DNA of 64,000 nucleotides from Octopus sinensis (GCF_006345805.1 NC_043005.1:50902001-50966000), one strand, 5' to 3'. Shown: positions 39,820-53,585, counted from the first letter of the stretch. The notes: a model not told the origin generated them from the letters alone. Translations and numbers: made by a program.

Positions 39820-41107
39820 TGAAGGTGAGCTGAAAAGTTCATAGGCCTTCTGTGAAGGAGTGTTGCTAGAGGTGTGACATCTTGCTTACATTGGTTTCAC
39901 CTCTTCCCATTAATAAATGCATTGTTTTATTTCAGCTAAACTATCATCTGACTCTTCAAAGAAGACTTCAAAATTACGTAGTAGTGACTTATCTTGAAAA
40001 TGGACAAAATTGGTATTGTGGTGTTATCAAGGACCTGCAGAAAAAGGCTTTGACTTCCAATAACACTCATGCTGACATGGTTGCTACAGTAGGGGGGGGG
40101 GCGACGTTCCATATTTATCAACACAATAAAAATGAGATGCTGAATTTAGGAAGGGAAGGAGAGTCTTGAAGATGGTCCAAGGTTTAGACCTTCTGAAACT
40201 GCTACGACCGAGGAAAAATTTTTCATCGTGTTCACTACGCGGTGATGCATGACAAGCGAACGGCTATAAATTAAACAGCCAATGCTATTAGCAGATCCTG
40301 TAAGAAAGTTGAGAATATTGTGCACAATGAAGTTGGCATGACGAACGTTTCTGTTCGGTGGGTGCCACGTTTTCTGACACTTGATCAAAAGCGCATCGGG
40401 CTGATCACATCATGGGAAAATCTGACATTGCTTGAGGCAGATTCAGTTGGTTTCCTTGAACGTTCCCTAGCCCAGGATGAGTGTTGGTTTCATCACTTTA
40501 AGCCAAAGACAAAGAGACAATCGATACAGGGGAAACACTCCGCCTCATCTGCTCTAAAGGAAGCCAAGGTCGTTTCATCTGCAGGGAAGGTGATAGCCTC
40601 AGATTTTTGCGATGTAAAAGCATTGTGCTTATTGACTACTTTCAAAGAGGTTACACTATCATTAGAGAGTACTATGCCAGCTTGCTGAGGTAGTTACGAA
40701 AGGCTATCAAGAAGGAGAAGAAAGAAAGTAAAACTGACGAAAGGAGGTTTTGTTTCATTAGGACAATACTTCAGCACACAAGTCTTTGGTTTCAATGGCT
40801 GCTGTGCATGACTGTGGCTTTGAACTGGTTGATCACCCTCCTTATTCTCCTGATTTAACCCTATCTGACAATCATCTGTTCCTAACATGAAAAAAAAATT
40901 TGGCAGTGGTGATGACGTCATATTTGTTGTTAGTAACATTTTTGACCAACAGGATGAAAGATTCCTCACCAATGAGATCCAAGCACAGCAACCCCGGTAG
41001 AAGAAGTGTGTGGACTGCATGGAGGACTATGTTGAAAAATAAACCTCATTTGGTCACATTCCATGAGAGTATCTTGGTAAGCCTATGAACTTTTCAGCCG
41101 ATCCTCG
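39820..41107 (+). mobile_element. Full-length decayed mariner transposon (irritans-like)
   Basis: TIRs gctgaaaagttcataggc / gcctatgaacttttcagc, TA flanks, 1288 bp; WVPRFLT, DECW, HPPYSPDL motifs broken by frameshifts. Confidence 0.95.
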
Positions 41108-41978
41108 TAATGTGAATCTTCATAATGATTAATTTTGGCGTTAACATTGACAGCTGTTACTTTTTCACCAGTTGTTCTATTATTGTGTATGACGTCACTT
41201 ACACTAGAAAATAGTTTCTGAATTACGATTGGCCTTTTGCCCCTTTGCACGTGGGTGCTACGTTATTTATACTGAAAATATTTTCCATTCGGTTGGTTCG
41301 TTTTTCTTTTTTATGTTTTAAACATCTCATGAAATGCTTGATGGCGGGCGATGTTGGTTTCAATATTTTCTATAGTTTATTTATTTATTTATTGCATTTA
41401 TAATAAAACTAACAGCTTTTATCTTTGGTTCTACATCCTTGCATGGGCGTTTAAGCAGAAATCCATTAAGAGTAGGATATAACGTGTTCTCCAGTCAAGC
41501 TATTAGATACGATAAAATTATCAACAGAGTCGATGCTTTTGTAGAAAGAACAAGCTGTTGATGTAACATATGGAGAGGCACGGTTCTGTTGGAAAAATTT
41601 TGTTAGTTAAAAGTTTTAACTAATGCTCGGGGAGACGTCATAAAGCTTTGGAAAAAAATTTAGGGTAAATTCTAATTTCCTGCTTAGTATCACTCTTCGT
41701 AATGTTTAGTTTTATATGGCGTTAACATTGAGATTTGTTATTCTGCATCTGTGTCTCTGGTTATTTTGCACGTATGTCGTCATATGTTATTGTGTACGAC
41801 GTCATTTCCGTTAAGAAGTAGTTTCTGAACTCCGCTCTAAGATTACTAAAATAATTTGGTCCATCGTCCCTGGAAGACGCGGAAGCGGGTCGTAAAGCTT
41901 CGCTTTCCTCGTAACACATAGGTGCTTTGTTGTTTATGCGTAAAATATTTTCTTTACAATTAGTTCGTGCCTATTATA

Positions 41979-42018
<40 letters not shown>

Positions 42019-42119
42019 ATATATATATATATATTATATATATATATATTATATATATATATAACTTACTATGCATATATTTATATATTATTTATACTAT
42101 TATATAATCGAACACAATG

Positions 42120-42315
42120 CATCATTTTCCATTCTCCTTACCTTCGTAACGCGGAGTAGATAAATAGGGACAACTGATGAAGGGGAATATTCCTTGTGTT
42201 GTATGTCTTGTACTCTGTTCTTTCGTTGTTTGAAAAATAGTTCGTTTCCATGTTTTTGCTTTTATGTTTTCGTTTCTCATTGTGTTCAACGTTTTTTTTT
42301 ATGTCCTGTACCCAT
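42120..42315 (+). mobile_element. Partial relative of the 50870-51420 family
   Basis: gagtaga...caactgatgaaggg...aaaaatagttc...gtcctgtaccc. Confidence 0.65.
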
Positions 42316-42380
42316 ATATGCATGTAAATATACATATAGATGTAGGTATGTACATATATGCATATCTTTATATATTATAC

Positions 42381-42455
<75 letters not shown>

Positions 42456-42487
42456 ATATATATATATATTATATATATATATATATA

Positions 42488-43680
42488 CTAGCTTAAGGTG
42501 ACCCGCTCTACGCGCGGGTAAGAGAGTGATTGTTACTTTCTGTTGCATCTTTTCGGCACGTAAAAAGCACAATCTGAACGTGGCCGATGGCAGCACCGCC
42601 TTGACTGGCTTCTGTGGCGGTGGTACGTAAAAAGCACCAACCGATCGTGGCCGCTGCCAGTGCCCCTCCCCCCGCGGCACCTGTGCCGGCGGCACGAAAA
42701 AAGCACCCACTACAATCACCGAGTGGTTGGCGTTAGGAAGGGAATCCACCTGTAGAAACACTGCCAGATCAGACTGGAGCCTGGTGCAGCCTCCTGACTT
42801 CCCAGACCCCTGTCAAACTGTCCAACCCGTGCTAGCACGGAAAACGGACGTTAAACGATGATGATGATGATGATGATTCTCCCTCTTTGTTTCTCTCTCC
42901 TTTCTCTCTCACTTTCCCACTCTCTTACTTTTCTTTTCTCTCGGACTCTCCCTAGCTTTCTCTTATTCTCTATCTTTATCTATCTCTCTCCCATTTATAA
43001 ACAACAAAAGATCTTGAGTAAGTTGAGAAATAAAATATTTTGAAAGATCAATCATAAATATCAGGTAGTGACAACGGAAAGGTCTGCTTTAAGGCAGACA
43101 GTAAAACACTAACATTTAACAGGGACAGATGAACTTGCGAGGTGAATAGAAATAATAAAATATTGGAAACCAAAGTTTGAAGGGATAGAATCTGAGGATA
43201 GTAGAGTCACCATGGCTGGCATTTCTTAACGACGTATTGACAGTTTAACGGCTGGCGTAAAATTTTGAACTTGACGTTAAAGAAAATTCGTAAACACCAA
43301 GTTTTGAAGTGATTCTTTCTCACGACAGTAGACTCACCATGGCAAGCATTCAAAACTTCTTCATCATGGACGGTAACACATTGACGATTAAAAGGCTGGC
43401 GCAAATTTTTTAGCTTGATGTAACAGAGAATTCCTAAACACTTTAAATTTTAATCCCCTTCCAGCCCCATTTAGACCCCTTTTCACATTTTGGTTAATAT
43501 AACCCGATTTCATTCGGGTCTACTGGGGCCACATTTTATAAGATGAAGAATTTTGTCCTAGAGGTTATGCCTTTCATTTGAGGGAAAAAATAGTTGTCAT
43601 GCAAACTTGCCAGCACTTTTAACATAGGTGTGCATATTTTCAGCTCAACCGACCACATAATGCACACATTATATATATAT
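42488..43680 (-). mobile_element. Helitron-like element (3' end at 42488; 5' limit uncertain, may extend to 44574)
   Basis: CTAG at 42488-42491 next to acccgc/gcgggt hairpin. Confidence 0.6.
42545..42878 (+). mobile_element. 3' part of RTE-related SINE/LINE with (GAT)n tail
   Basis: ggcgttaggaagggaatcc block and gaaaacggacgttaaacgatgatgat end. Confidence 0.75.
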
Positions 43681-44099
43681 ATATGTATATATATGTGTGT
43701 GTGCGTGTGTGTGTGTGCGTGCACGCATTATATATACAAATGTATACAAATTATATATATATATATGTATAAATTAAATTAGAGATAAAACCACTAATAG
43801 GCAAATCAAACAGTGAAAAACATAAACCAAAACATAAAAATAAAAATATAATATACAAAATATATAAAATATAAAATTGAAAAATTTAAATTATTTAAAT
43901 TTAAAATTAAAATTATTAATTTATATTTATGATTTTTTTAAAAATATATATAACTATCAAAAAGTATTAAAAAGTTTAATATACATAAATACAGATATAT
44001 ACACTTTGTATATATACATTATATATACATATTTATATATAGAACACACACACACACATATAAATTAACCCAACAAATATCTGATTCATAATATTTGTT

Positions 44100-44574
44100 C
44101 TCATGATTGTGTGGTGGTTGTGGCGATGATAATTCTCTCTATGAATGCAGACAGACGTAGAGAGAGAGAGAGAGAGTGTGTGGAAGCGCTGTCGAAGGCG
44201 GGGAGGGGGGAGATATAGAACGCCGTGACGCGACGTTATAAAGAGAAAGTGAAGGTAAGTGAGTTAGACGCCGTGAAACAACGTTATATATAGAAAGTGA
44301 TGGGAAGGGAGGAAAGAGAGTGAGTGACGGAGGAAGACAGTTTCATAAAAGAATGAGAGTAGACTTGTCAAAGTGAGTTTTTGGCCCTAGCAACGACACC
44401 TTTTAAGATGGGGGTTTCTAACGTAGCCCACTGGCATCCTCACCTCATTTTACATGTCCTTGTAAATTTTGGAGTCAATCCGACGGGATCTAGTGGCCTT
44501 TAACCCGTTCTCAATGCCAAAACCAGACAAACAAACAAAGAAACTTTTCGTATTTCAGATTTATAATATAGAGA
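44100..44574 (-). mobile_element. Helitron-like 5' end
   Basis: Minus strand begins TCtctatattataaat...tttgtttgtttgtctg. Confidence 0.55.
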
Positions 44575-44578
44575 TATA

Positions 44579-45000
44579 AGTAGCATTCGCCCAAAATGAG
44601 ACTTCTTCATTAGGTTGGCAACAAATCGTTATTTTAAAGTGCTGCTATTGAATATCTCTCGTTGAGAGATTTAGGGACAACTATGTTTCTATTTCATTAG
44701 ATCAGTGACTGTGAGTCACTTAGAAAATTATATATTTTCGAACGGGTGTTTAACAGTTCCATCTCAGCCGAAGAGTTATTCTGTGCCGACGACGAAGGGA
44801 AATAACCCTGAAACTGTACGGTCCACAAATACTGCTTCGTACTGGATGGGGATGCTAACCTACTCTGTTCAAAAATATAGGGACACAGATTGTGTGTCGT
44901 ATAGCTAGTTGGAAACGGTGTCTCCTGGGGGCTAAACAACAGTAGTATTCGCCCCTAAATGGGACTGGCACATTAAGTTGGCAAAAAATCGTTACTTTAT
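44579..45000 (+). mobile_element. Retrozyme-like 362-bp monomer plus partial second unit
   Basis: agtag(c/t)attcgccc...gttggcaa.aaatcgtta at 44579 and 44941; internal hammerhead motif. Confidence 0.7.
44782..44827 (+). ncRNA. Hammerhead ribozyme motif with mutated core
   Basis: tgtg CCGACGA(cga) aggg aaataa ccct GAAAC t gtac g GTC caca; stems I-III all pair. Confidence 0.7.
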
Positions 45001-45027
45001 ATATATACTAGCAAAATGTGGGAGTAG

Positions 45028-45540
45028 TTTATATATATAAAACTGTAGTTGTGTGAGTGTCTGTCCCCTTCGATTTAGATTCCTAACTATTCCCACATTT
45101 TACGGTGCAGTTTAACCAAATTCGGGTATCTTATAGTCGTGATTCATATCGAGCGCGTCTGCGTATTAGCGCGCGTCTACGATGAGTCTACGATTTAAAA
45201 AATAATTTAACATAATTTTTTATTCCATTTTAATGCATAATTTTTCGTGTGTCGATGGCGGCGGAGTTGGCGTCCATGGTCACACCTGCACCTGTGTTGC
45301 TTTTCCCCCTTCTTCCCTCGCTCGTGAAGCTGTGGGGAAGGGAGTGTGAGGAAATCAACGTCGTAAAGCGTTGTCACGGAGACCAGCGTTCTTTTACAAC
45401 AACGACTTCATGGCTTCAAGACACCAAAACAGAAATGGCTAAGAAAGCCCGAATTGGCATCTATAAGGGAAGTAACTCTCTAAAAATGCTTATATAGTTA
45501 TTTCCCTTACAAACCCGAGCAACGCCGGGCGATACTGCTA

Positions 45541-45541
<1 letters not shown>
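45028..45541 (+). mobile_element. Non-autonomous Helitron
   Basis: 3' cccg..cggg hairpin then CTAG(45538-45541)T; same ends as 48795-49190. Confidence 0.85.
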
Positions 45542-45623
<82 letters not shown>

Positions 45624-46509
45624 GTAGAAAGACAGATAGATAAATAGATAGATATACATACTACATACGAGCAGATTCTGGGAAGTATCTGGCTTTCAGG
45701 GTATCACGAAAGACCTGGTTAGGGGTCCAACCTTGCGAGTTATTTTACAGGGTTGCAATAAGTGTGTGAATCTGAGGGTGAAATATGTTGAATAAAATCA
45801 TTTTTAACCGATCCTCCTGTACTTTCTTTTACCCTAACTCCAATCTTTCTTTGATAATAAATTAAATTCCATTTGCAAAAAATGGTTTCCTTCAACCTGG
45901 AATAAACACACAAATTTTCAAAAATGACAAAAATTAATATTTTTACCCTGCAACAGGTAGAAATTAACAAAAAAAAAAAAAACATTCCAACAGTATTAAT
46001 TTTTCAACAAGGCACAATTTTCTGCCTCGTAGGGCGAAAATTACCGTTCAGAAAACGGTGACAGCTTAAATTCAACAAGTGTAACAAACAGTGCAATAAC
46101 AATAAACATTAAACGGAATGACATCACAAAAGCAGCTGCACTCAAGATGTAGGTAAGAGAGGAAACTTTGAACGAACTGAATGTTTAAGCAGATTGGATA
46201 AACTCAAACCAGCGGCCAGAATGACGTTATGTATACAAATTTTTATCTGATTTACTTAAGCTCTTAGTAAGAGTGAATATATAAGCAATATCGTCGCGGA
46301 GTATTAGAGAAAGTATTAAGTCGCTAATGATCTCCCAACAGAGGAAGAAAATTAATCCGCAAAAATCTTCGTCTGTCCATTATATTCAGTACTGCTTATT
46401 CTGTTTCTTAAGTACAAATTAGCATCGAAGCAACGCACTGCTAACGCACTAGGACCCCCCACACACACACATACACACACACACCACACACATGCACATA
46501 CATACACAC

Positions 46510-47265
46510 ATATATATAATAGATCAGGATTCAAGTAAATTAGGAATTTTAATGGTAAGGCACCGGGTCGGATCGGGTCGGGTCGAAAATTAAAATGACT
46601 ACACAACAAAAACAGACGAATAAATACGCGGTAACTGAAGTACAGACAGAAAGGTGTTCAGGTTATATATACGATTAACCATACCCGACTGGATATATCA
46701 ATAGTGCTGAGGCTAAGGAAGAAACGCATATTGTACTAAATGTGCGGTCCATAATATACTTCGAATCACGTAAGGGACAGGTTCCAAGAGAGGGGAATTA
46801 CAAATAAATAAATAACAAGAGGTGGATAATGTCAGGCCATAGAGCTGTTTACAACGAATTTTTAATTGATTACTGGAGACATTACATTGTTAGAAAAAAC
46901 TGTTTTCATCAGATGAATACATGAACCGTAACATTCAAAAACATACCAAAACCAACGCCATGTTCACCTTTATGATTCTATGGCCCTAGCTGGTCATAGA
47001 ACGAATCTGTTAGTTTAAATGAGTAGTGTTATAGGAGTAGATAGTGTGGGTAGGGGTGGGTAGGGGTGGGTAGGGGTGGAAGTACCTAAAATTTATAGTA
47101 ATGTTGGAAGTTAAAGGACAGGGTAGGGTGGGATCGGAGTGCGAAGCATCTCGTCACTATAATTAAGATAAAGCTTATTTTATTTACCTTTTAATTCAAT
47201 TCAAGAAGCAGTTTTAGGGTTAAATATAAAGGATAAGGTCACCCATTACTCGGGCCAATCTGCTT
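46510..47265 (-). mobile_element. Possible Penelope-like non-coding element
   Basis: Starts at a microsatellite; degenerate hammerhead at 46838-46915; G-tract repeats 47046-47080. Confidence 0.4.
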
Positions 47266-47372
47266 CAATAAACCCTTACATAGGGTGCTACTGTATGACC
47301 GGCAGACAAATGATTAAAACAAGAAAAAGAATGAAGGAATAAAAAGAATATACCACAACAATCGCTTACATA

Positions 47373-47545
<173 letters not shown>

Positions 47546-47657
47546 CAGATGAATATGGTACTTAAGTCGAGGTACCAGAATTTAGTATGGTATTATCCAA
47601 ACAATTTAAAATAAGGTGATTATAATCAAAATAAGCGATAAGGATATCCAGAGGTAT

Positions 47658-47744
47658 TGCAGTACGATCGTTTCATGCGACTCCATTTAATTGAACAATG
47701 CAAATATTACATCAATCTAAAATGTAGAGCAATCTTCAGCTGCA
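47658..47744 (-). ncRNA. Type I hammerhead ribozyme motif
   Basis: Minus: tgcag CTGAAGA ttgc...gcat GAAAC gatc GTA ctgca; 5-bp stem I, palindromic loop III. Confidence 0.8.
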
Positions 47745-48161
47745 CAAAAAATAGAATTTAATTAAAATTTGAAGGACACATTAGTATAATTTTATCCAAA
47801 ATTTCCAAGAGGATAAGGAGATAGAGAAAGAACATGTTTTATCAACAAAATCACAGTTGTGAATAACAGAAATAATCAGTGAAAAACAGTATCTGTGATG
47901 TTGGTAAAACAACGCATCGGAATCTGTCCCTGACCATTTCTACTCAATGGTTTAAAGCCACTGTTACTAACAATATACTGTATTAAAACCAACCAAAATA
48001 GGATTTGTCTAACGAGATACCTCTGATTTGAGACTTCTGCCCCGAAGGATGCGCTACAACCAGTTGTACAGTAATCCCTCCCGCGAAAGATGCAAGTTGG
48101 GTTGAAATGATCGTTGTGAGCAATAAAGTTTCTATTACATTCCATTTTTCGTCTCTATTAT

Positions 48162-48535
48162 AGGCGCAGGAGTGGCAATGTGGTAAGTAGCTAGCTTACC
48201 AACCACATGGTTCCGGGTTCAGTCCCACTGCGTGGCACTTTGGACAAGTGTCTTCTACTATAGCCTCGGGGCGACCAAAGCCTTGTGAGTGGATTCGGTA
48301 GACGGAAACTGAAATATATATGTATGTATGTATGTGTATGTGTGTGTTTATGTGTTTGTGTTTGTCCCCCCAACATCGCTCGACAACAGATGGTGGTGTG
48401 TTTACGGCCCCTTAACTTAGCGGTTCAGCAAAAGAGACCGATAGAATAAGTACTAGGCTTACTGGGGTCGATTTGCTTGACTAAAGGCGGTGCTCCAGCA
48501 TGGCCACAGTCAAATGACTGAAACAAGTAAAAGAG
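48162..48535 (+). mobile_element. Family B SINE
   Basis: Matches 11149-11571. Confidence 0.92.
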
Positions 48536-48548
48536 GGGGTATGTATGT

Positions 48549-48589
<41 letters not shown>

Positions 48590-48794
48590 TGTGTGTGTGT
48601 TGTGTGTGCACGCGTGCGTATTTATCACCTACTGCTTGACAACCGGCGTTGGTTGTTTACGTCCCCATAACATCCCGTTCAGAAAAAAGAAAAGACCAGA
48701 ATAGAAATGAGTACATGCGTTGGTTTGTTCACTTAAACACTACGATGCAGTTCTTCGGCATAAATGCAGTCTAATAACTCAAGCAAAAGAATAA

Positions 48795-49190
48795 TCTTTA
48801 TATATAAAAGTGAGGTTGTGTGCTGTCTGTCTCCTACGATTTAGATTCCTAACTACTCCCACATTTTGCGGTGCAGTTTAACCAAAACCGGGTATCTTAT
48901 AGTCGTGATTTATATCGTGCCCTTCTGGGTATTAGCGCGCGTCTACGATGAGTCTACGATTAAAAAAAAAATTACCATCAATTTTTCTCATTTTTAATGC
49001 AATTTTGGCATATATAAGGGAAGTAACTCTCTAAAAATTTATTATTAAATCTCAGAACGTAAAAAGCTACAGTAACACCCTCCCCTTTGTGGTTAGCCAT
49101 TTTGAGATGGCTATTATACTTTACATCTCTAAAAATGCTTATATAGTTATTTCTGTTACAAACCCGAGCAACGCCGGGCGATACTGCTAG
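48795..49190 (+). mobile_element. Non-autonomous Helitron
   Basis: A|TC...hairpin...CTAG|T. Confidence 0.88.
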
Positions 49191-49603
49191 TATATGTATA
49201 TGAATGAACAAATATGAGCTAGGAGAGATAACTCTGAGTGGCCAGTGGCATGAATCTGAACAATTCATAAACATAAATAAATAAAAGTTTATTAAATGCA
49301 GTACAACATTAATTCTTAATTTATTAAAATTATCGTATAAGGAAGGGAGTTTATTTCAAGAATTAAAAATTTTCCAAAGCCGAAATGCCATTAAACAAAC
49401 AGATAGGCTTATTGTCTGGAGATAAGGAGACAAACATATTGGGACAGGAATATTGGCTATTCTCTTATCTTTAAACAATAAATCAGTCATTTATCTTAAT
49501 GTCATTTGGTAATTATGATGCAAACTCAATAGGTAGAGATAATCATGTTAATATATCAAGAATTTATGTTGTATAGTGTGCGTGAATATGTGTATTAAAT
49601 ATA

Positions 49604-49990
49604 TGGAGGCGCAATGGCACAGTGGTTAGGGCAGCGGACTCGCGGTCGTAGGATCGCGGTTTCGATTCCCAGACCGGGCGTTATGAGTGTTTATTGAGCG
49701 AAAACACCTAAAGCTCCACGAGACTCCGGCAAGGATGGTGGTGATCCCTGCAGTACTCTTTCACCACAACTTTCTCTCACTCTTACTTCCTGTTTCTGTT
49801 GTACCTGTATTTCAAAGGACCGGCCTTGTCACTCTCTGTGTCACGCTGAATATCCCCGAGAACTACGTTAAGGGTACACGTGTCTGTGGAGTGCTCAGCC
49901 ACTTACACGTTAATTTCACGAGCAGGCTGTTCCGTTGATCGGATCAACCGGAACCCTCGTCGTCGTAACCGACGGAGTGCTTCCATCCAT
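49604..49990 (+). mobile_element. Family D SINE with alternative 3' body
   Basis: First ~190 bp match 26437-27035, then unrelated tail. Confidence 0.85.
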
Positions 49991-50162
49991 TAAATATATG
50001 CATATGTTTGTGCATGTGTGTGTGTATGTGTGTACATATGTGTAAATATATATATATGTATGTATTTATATGCATACATATATGTAAATATATATGTATG
50101 CATATATATATGTGTGTGTGCGTGCGTGTGTGTGTGTGTTTTGTGTGTTGTATGTATGTATA

Positions 50163-50826
50163 CGAAGGGGTACCCAAAAGTAACTGGAAACGTTCTCTGT
50201 GGGACAAACCTGTGGTAGTTCAGGTTTCCACCGCTAGAACCCACTTGATGCGACCCTCAGGCATCGGTCTGCCGACCGGCGCCGTGCTCTGGAGTTGTAT
50301 TGCAACGTGGTTCGTCTTTGTTTTGCAATGCTTTTCCCCTGTTTGTCGATTTTTGCGAGGGCTGAAACGAAGGAACGGTATGCTTCCGTGAAATTCCGCT
50401 TTCTATCGGGGAAAACGGCAGCCAAAACAGTTGTCATACTTCAACCAACTGACGACGATGTAGCCATGAACAAAACACAAGTTTATGAGTGGTTTTCATG
50501 CTTCAGGAACGGTCCTTGTCGCTTAAAGACCAACATTGTTCAGGGCGTTCGTCCACCTCCCGAACGAAAGAAAACATCATGAAAATTCTTGAACTGATCT
50601 GAGACGATCATCACCCAACAATTGATGAACTTGATGATGTGACTGGTATGTCCTGGAGCTCTTGCCAACGAATTTTGAGCGAAGAATTGCGAATGAAAAG
50701 AGTTGCAGCAAAATTTGTACCTCGCTTGCTCACGGAAGTTCAAAAGCAGTCACGACTAAATGCGTGTCGTGAGCTGAAAGAACAGTTGGAAGTTTATCCG
50801 GACCATTTTCGAAAGTAATCACTGAT
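50163..50826 (+). mobile_element. Mariner 5' fragment (HTH region), truncated
   Basis: TA-cgaaggggtacccaaaagt start; VKF..GKTA..VYEWF..F.NG, KFVPRLLT, VITD. Confidence 0.88.
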
Positions 50827-50869
50827 GCGCACTCTTCGCACTCTATATGATCTTTTTACTCTTTTTCTC

Positions 50870-51420
50870 TCTTTCTCTCTCTTATTCTTTTACCGCCTCT
50901 TCTCCCACTATTCTATCCTATTACTCTGTCACTCTCGCTCCCTCACATTCCCTCCCTTTCTCAGGTGTCTCCCATGTGACCATCGGCCATCTTTCTTCTC
51001 CTCACTTGAGTTTATTTCTTTCTCTCCGTTGTAGCTGGAATAAGGAAGACGTGTTCTTGTCTGTCTCCTGTCCAAGCTTGATTTACGCGTTCACCACCAC
51101 AACCTCGTTTAGGCTTAGCAGCCCTTCATGTTTTTTTTCACTGTCCTGTTTGTATTACCAATTTTGTCCCTCCGCAAAATCTCAAATTTTATTTAATTTG
51201 CTTTGCAGGAGCAACTGTTTTATCAAAAGCGTATATTGTTGTTAAATACTCGAAACACGAGAGTAGAAAAACAGCCAACAACTGATGAAGGGTCTTTCTT
51301 TATGTTGTTTGTCTTCTTTTCCATTTGTGTCAATCGTTGTTCGAAAAAATAGTTCATATTCCAAGCAGTCGTACTTCGTACTATTTTGCTGTACACATTT
51401 CATGACGTCCTGTGCCCACC
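50870..51420 (+). mobile_element. Copy of the 5588-6270 family
   Basis: Reverse complement similarity to 5588-6130. Confidence 0.8.
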
Positions 51421-51474
51421 TATGCATACATATATACGTATAGATGTAAGTAAGTACATATACGTATGTATATA

Positions 51475-51538
<64 letters not shown>

Positions 51539-51559
51539 CATAGTGTATATGTATATCTT

Positions 51560-52892
51560 GGTTAGATACCTAGCTCTAGATAATGTAATGCTATTGTGTA
51601 ATATGTAATATATGAGAGCCTTTTATGAGTTTGGTTTGTTTAGGTTGAGAATCTAGGTTTTTTGTATGTGTTTATTTGGCAGGTTTATATTGTATATTTG
51701 GCCTTTCTTTGTACTCACCTTAATTTATATCTCATGCTATTTACTAATTAAACCTTTTCATTTACATACATTTGGCTTTATAAATATTACCAGCCTTATA
51801 TATTTAGTTTATATCTATAGTCTTCTGGATCTGTACTTTAAATTATCCTTCCATACATGTTTACTTTCATCAATATAATAGATATATTCACTTTATTTTT
51901 TTATTTTCTTGTAATGGTATCTATCTCTGCATTTAGTCTTCTAATTATTTATTTATTTGCTTATTTAAGTGTAGATTTATACATACATATCAAGTCATCT
52001 AATTTGTTATCTATTTATTTTTTACTTATTTACTTATACAAGTGTAGTTTTATACATACATATCTATCATTTATTTTTATTTTATTTTAATAATATATGA
52101 ATACATATATACTGGTTTGTACTTATAATATGTGTGTAACCGTAATTATTCCTTCTTATTTATTTTATCACATTTTATCTTAAGTATTTATAATATATAA
52201 AAAAATTTTTTAAATTTCTGTGATGTTCTCATTTACGATTGCATTAGTACTTCCCCATGTTGATATTATTTAATGCCTAATCTGGTATATTATGGCATTA
52301 AATTTATTAAGTAAATAAGAGATATATTTATAATATATAAATTAATATATATTTTATAACTTAGCGTACTTGGAATCATAACAAACTTACGGTAGTTCTA
52401 ATAACCGGTATGTTTACTATGCAATAAACCGGTGTTACAAATTTTAAGTTACCCAATGAAATAGTATCTGTCATCGTAACATACTGATATTTAAAAATAT
52501 ATTTATCTTTAAATATAATATTTTATGAAATGCACGAGTGGATCTTTTGTTATTTGAGACATAGTTATAATTTTGAAAGACTAAATGGCAGCATAGTTGC
52601 TCCCCTTTTTGTTTATCTATGTGCTAGTTGTTGCTTGTGGTTATGTATGTGTATAAGTGTATGTGTGTGTGTATGCATATAATTATGTATGTATGTGCGA
52701 TTGATCTGTGGATGCGCGTGTGAATATTGGCGTTCCTTGACTAACCAACCGTAAAATTTCTCTTGTGATTTAAATTTCAAACTACTAGCCAATCGTATTA
52801 ATCTATATAATCATTACCTAGTGGTCAGAATTTCTAAACTCATAGTTATTTCGATCTTGAAAGGATGGACTTGGTGCAAACATAACTGTATC

Positions 52893-52924
<32 letters not shown>

Positions 52925-53585
52925 TATTATTATATTATTATTATCATTAATATTAATAGTAATTTTTATTGACTTTTATAGCTTTATAATTTTATGAACT
53001 GAACCATGGTTTTAATTATTATTTTTCATCTCCCTATGTGTTAGTTTTTTTTTTAAAACTATTAGCCAAATATGTATAATAACTGTGCTTATTAATATTA
53101 ATATATACACTGATATATATTTTGTTTTATTTTGTTTTCTTTACCTTGCATTATTGTACCAATGAGTATTATATCATGTAAGTGTAGCATTATGAAGATT
53201 ATGCATAAGTTTTTATATTTTACATTTTTATATTTTTATATTTATATGTATATGGAAAAATAATTTTTTTCACATTTATAACAAATTTAATTCTCTGAAG
53301 AGGCCGTGGGGCATCCTTGTTAATGCCTCATTTATACCTGCCTTTAGGCTTATAGGTTAATGAGGTATGACTGCCCTCGCTGCCGAAACAGCTGTCAGAT
53401 GTGATTTAATTACATATTATATTTGAAATTTTATACTTATATCTCTTTGTCTATTTACATTTACTGTATATTTTGTATAATGCCTTTACTGATATGTAAT
53501 GGTGTAATAAAGTAATGTTTGGGTATCATCTGATAGTTGATGTTTTATTGATTTTAGTATGTTTCTCCATTTTCTAATTTTGTAA
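51560..53585 (+). mobile_element. Very AT-rich (TA)n-flanked segment ending in a hammerhead, likely Penelope-like UTR/pLTR
   Basis: No credible ORF; hammerhead ~190 bp from the right end; boundaries approximate. Confidence 0.45.
53292..53399 (+). ncRNA. Type I hammerhead ribozyme motif with long stem II
   Basis: tct CTGAAGA(53295-53301) ggc...gcc GAAAC(53385-53389) agct GTC(53394-53396) aga. Confidence 0.88.
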
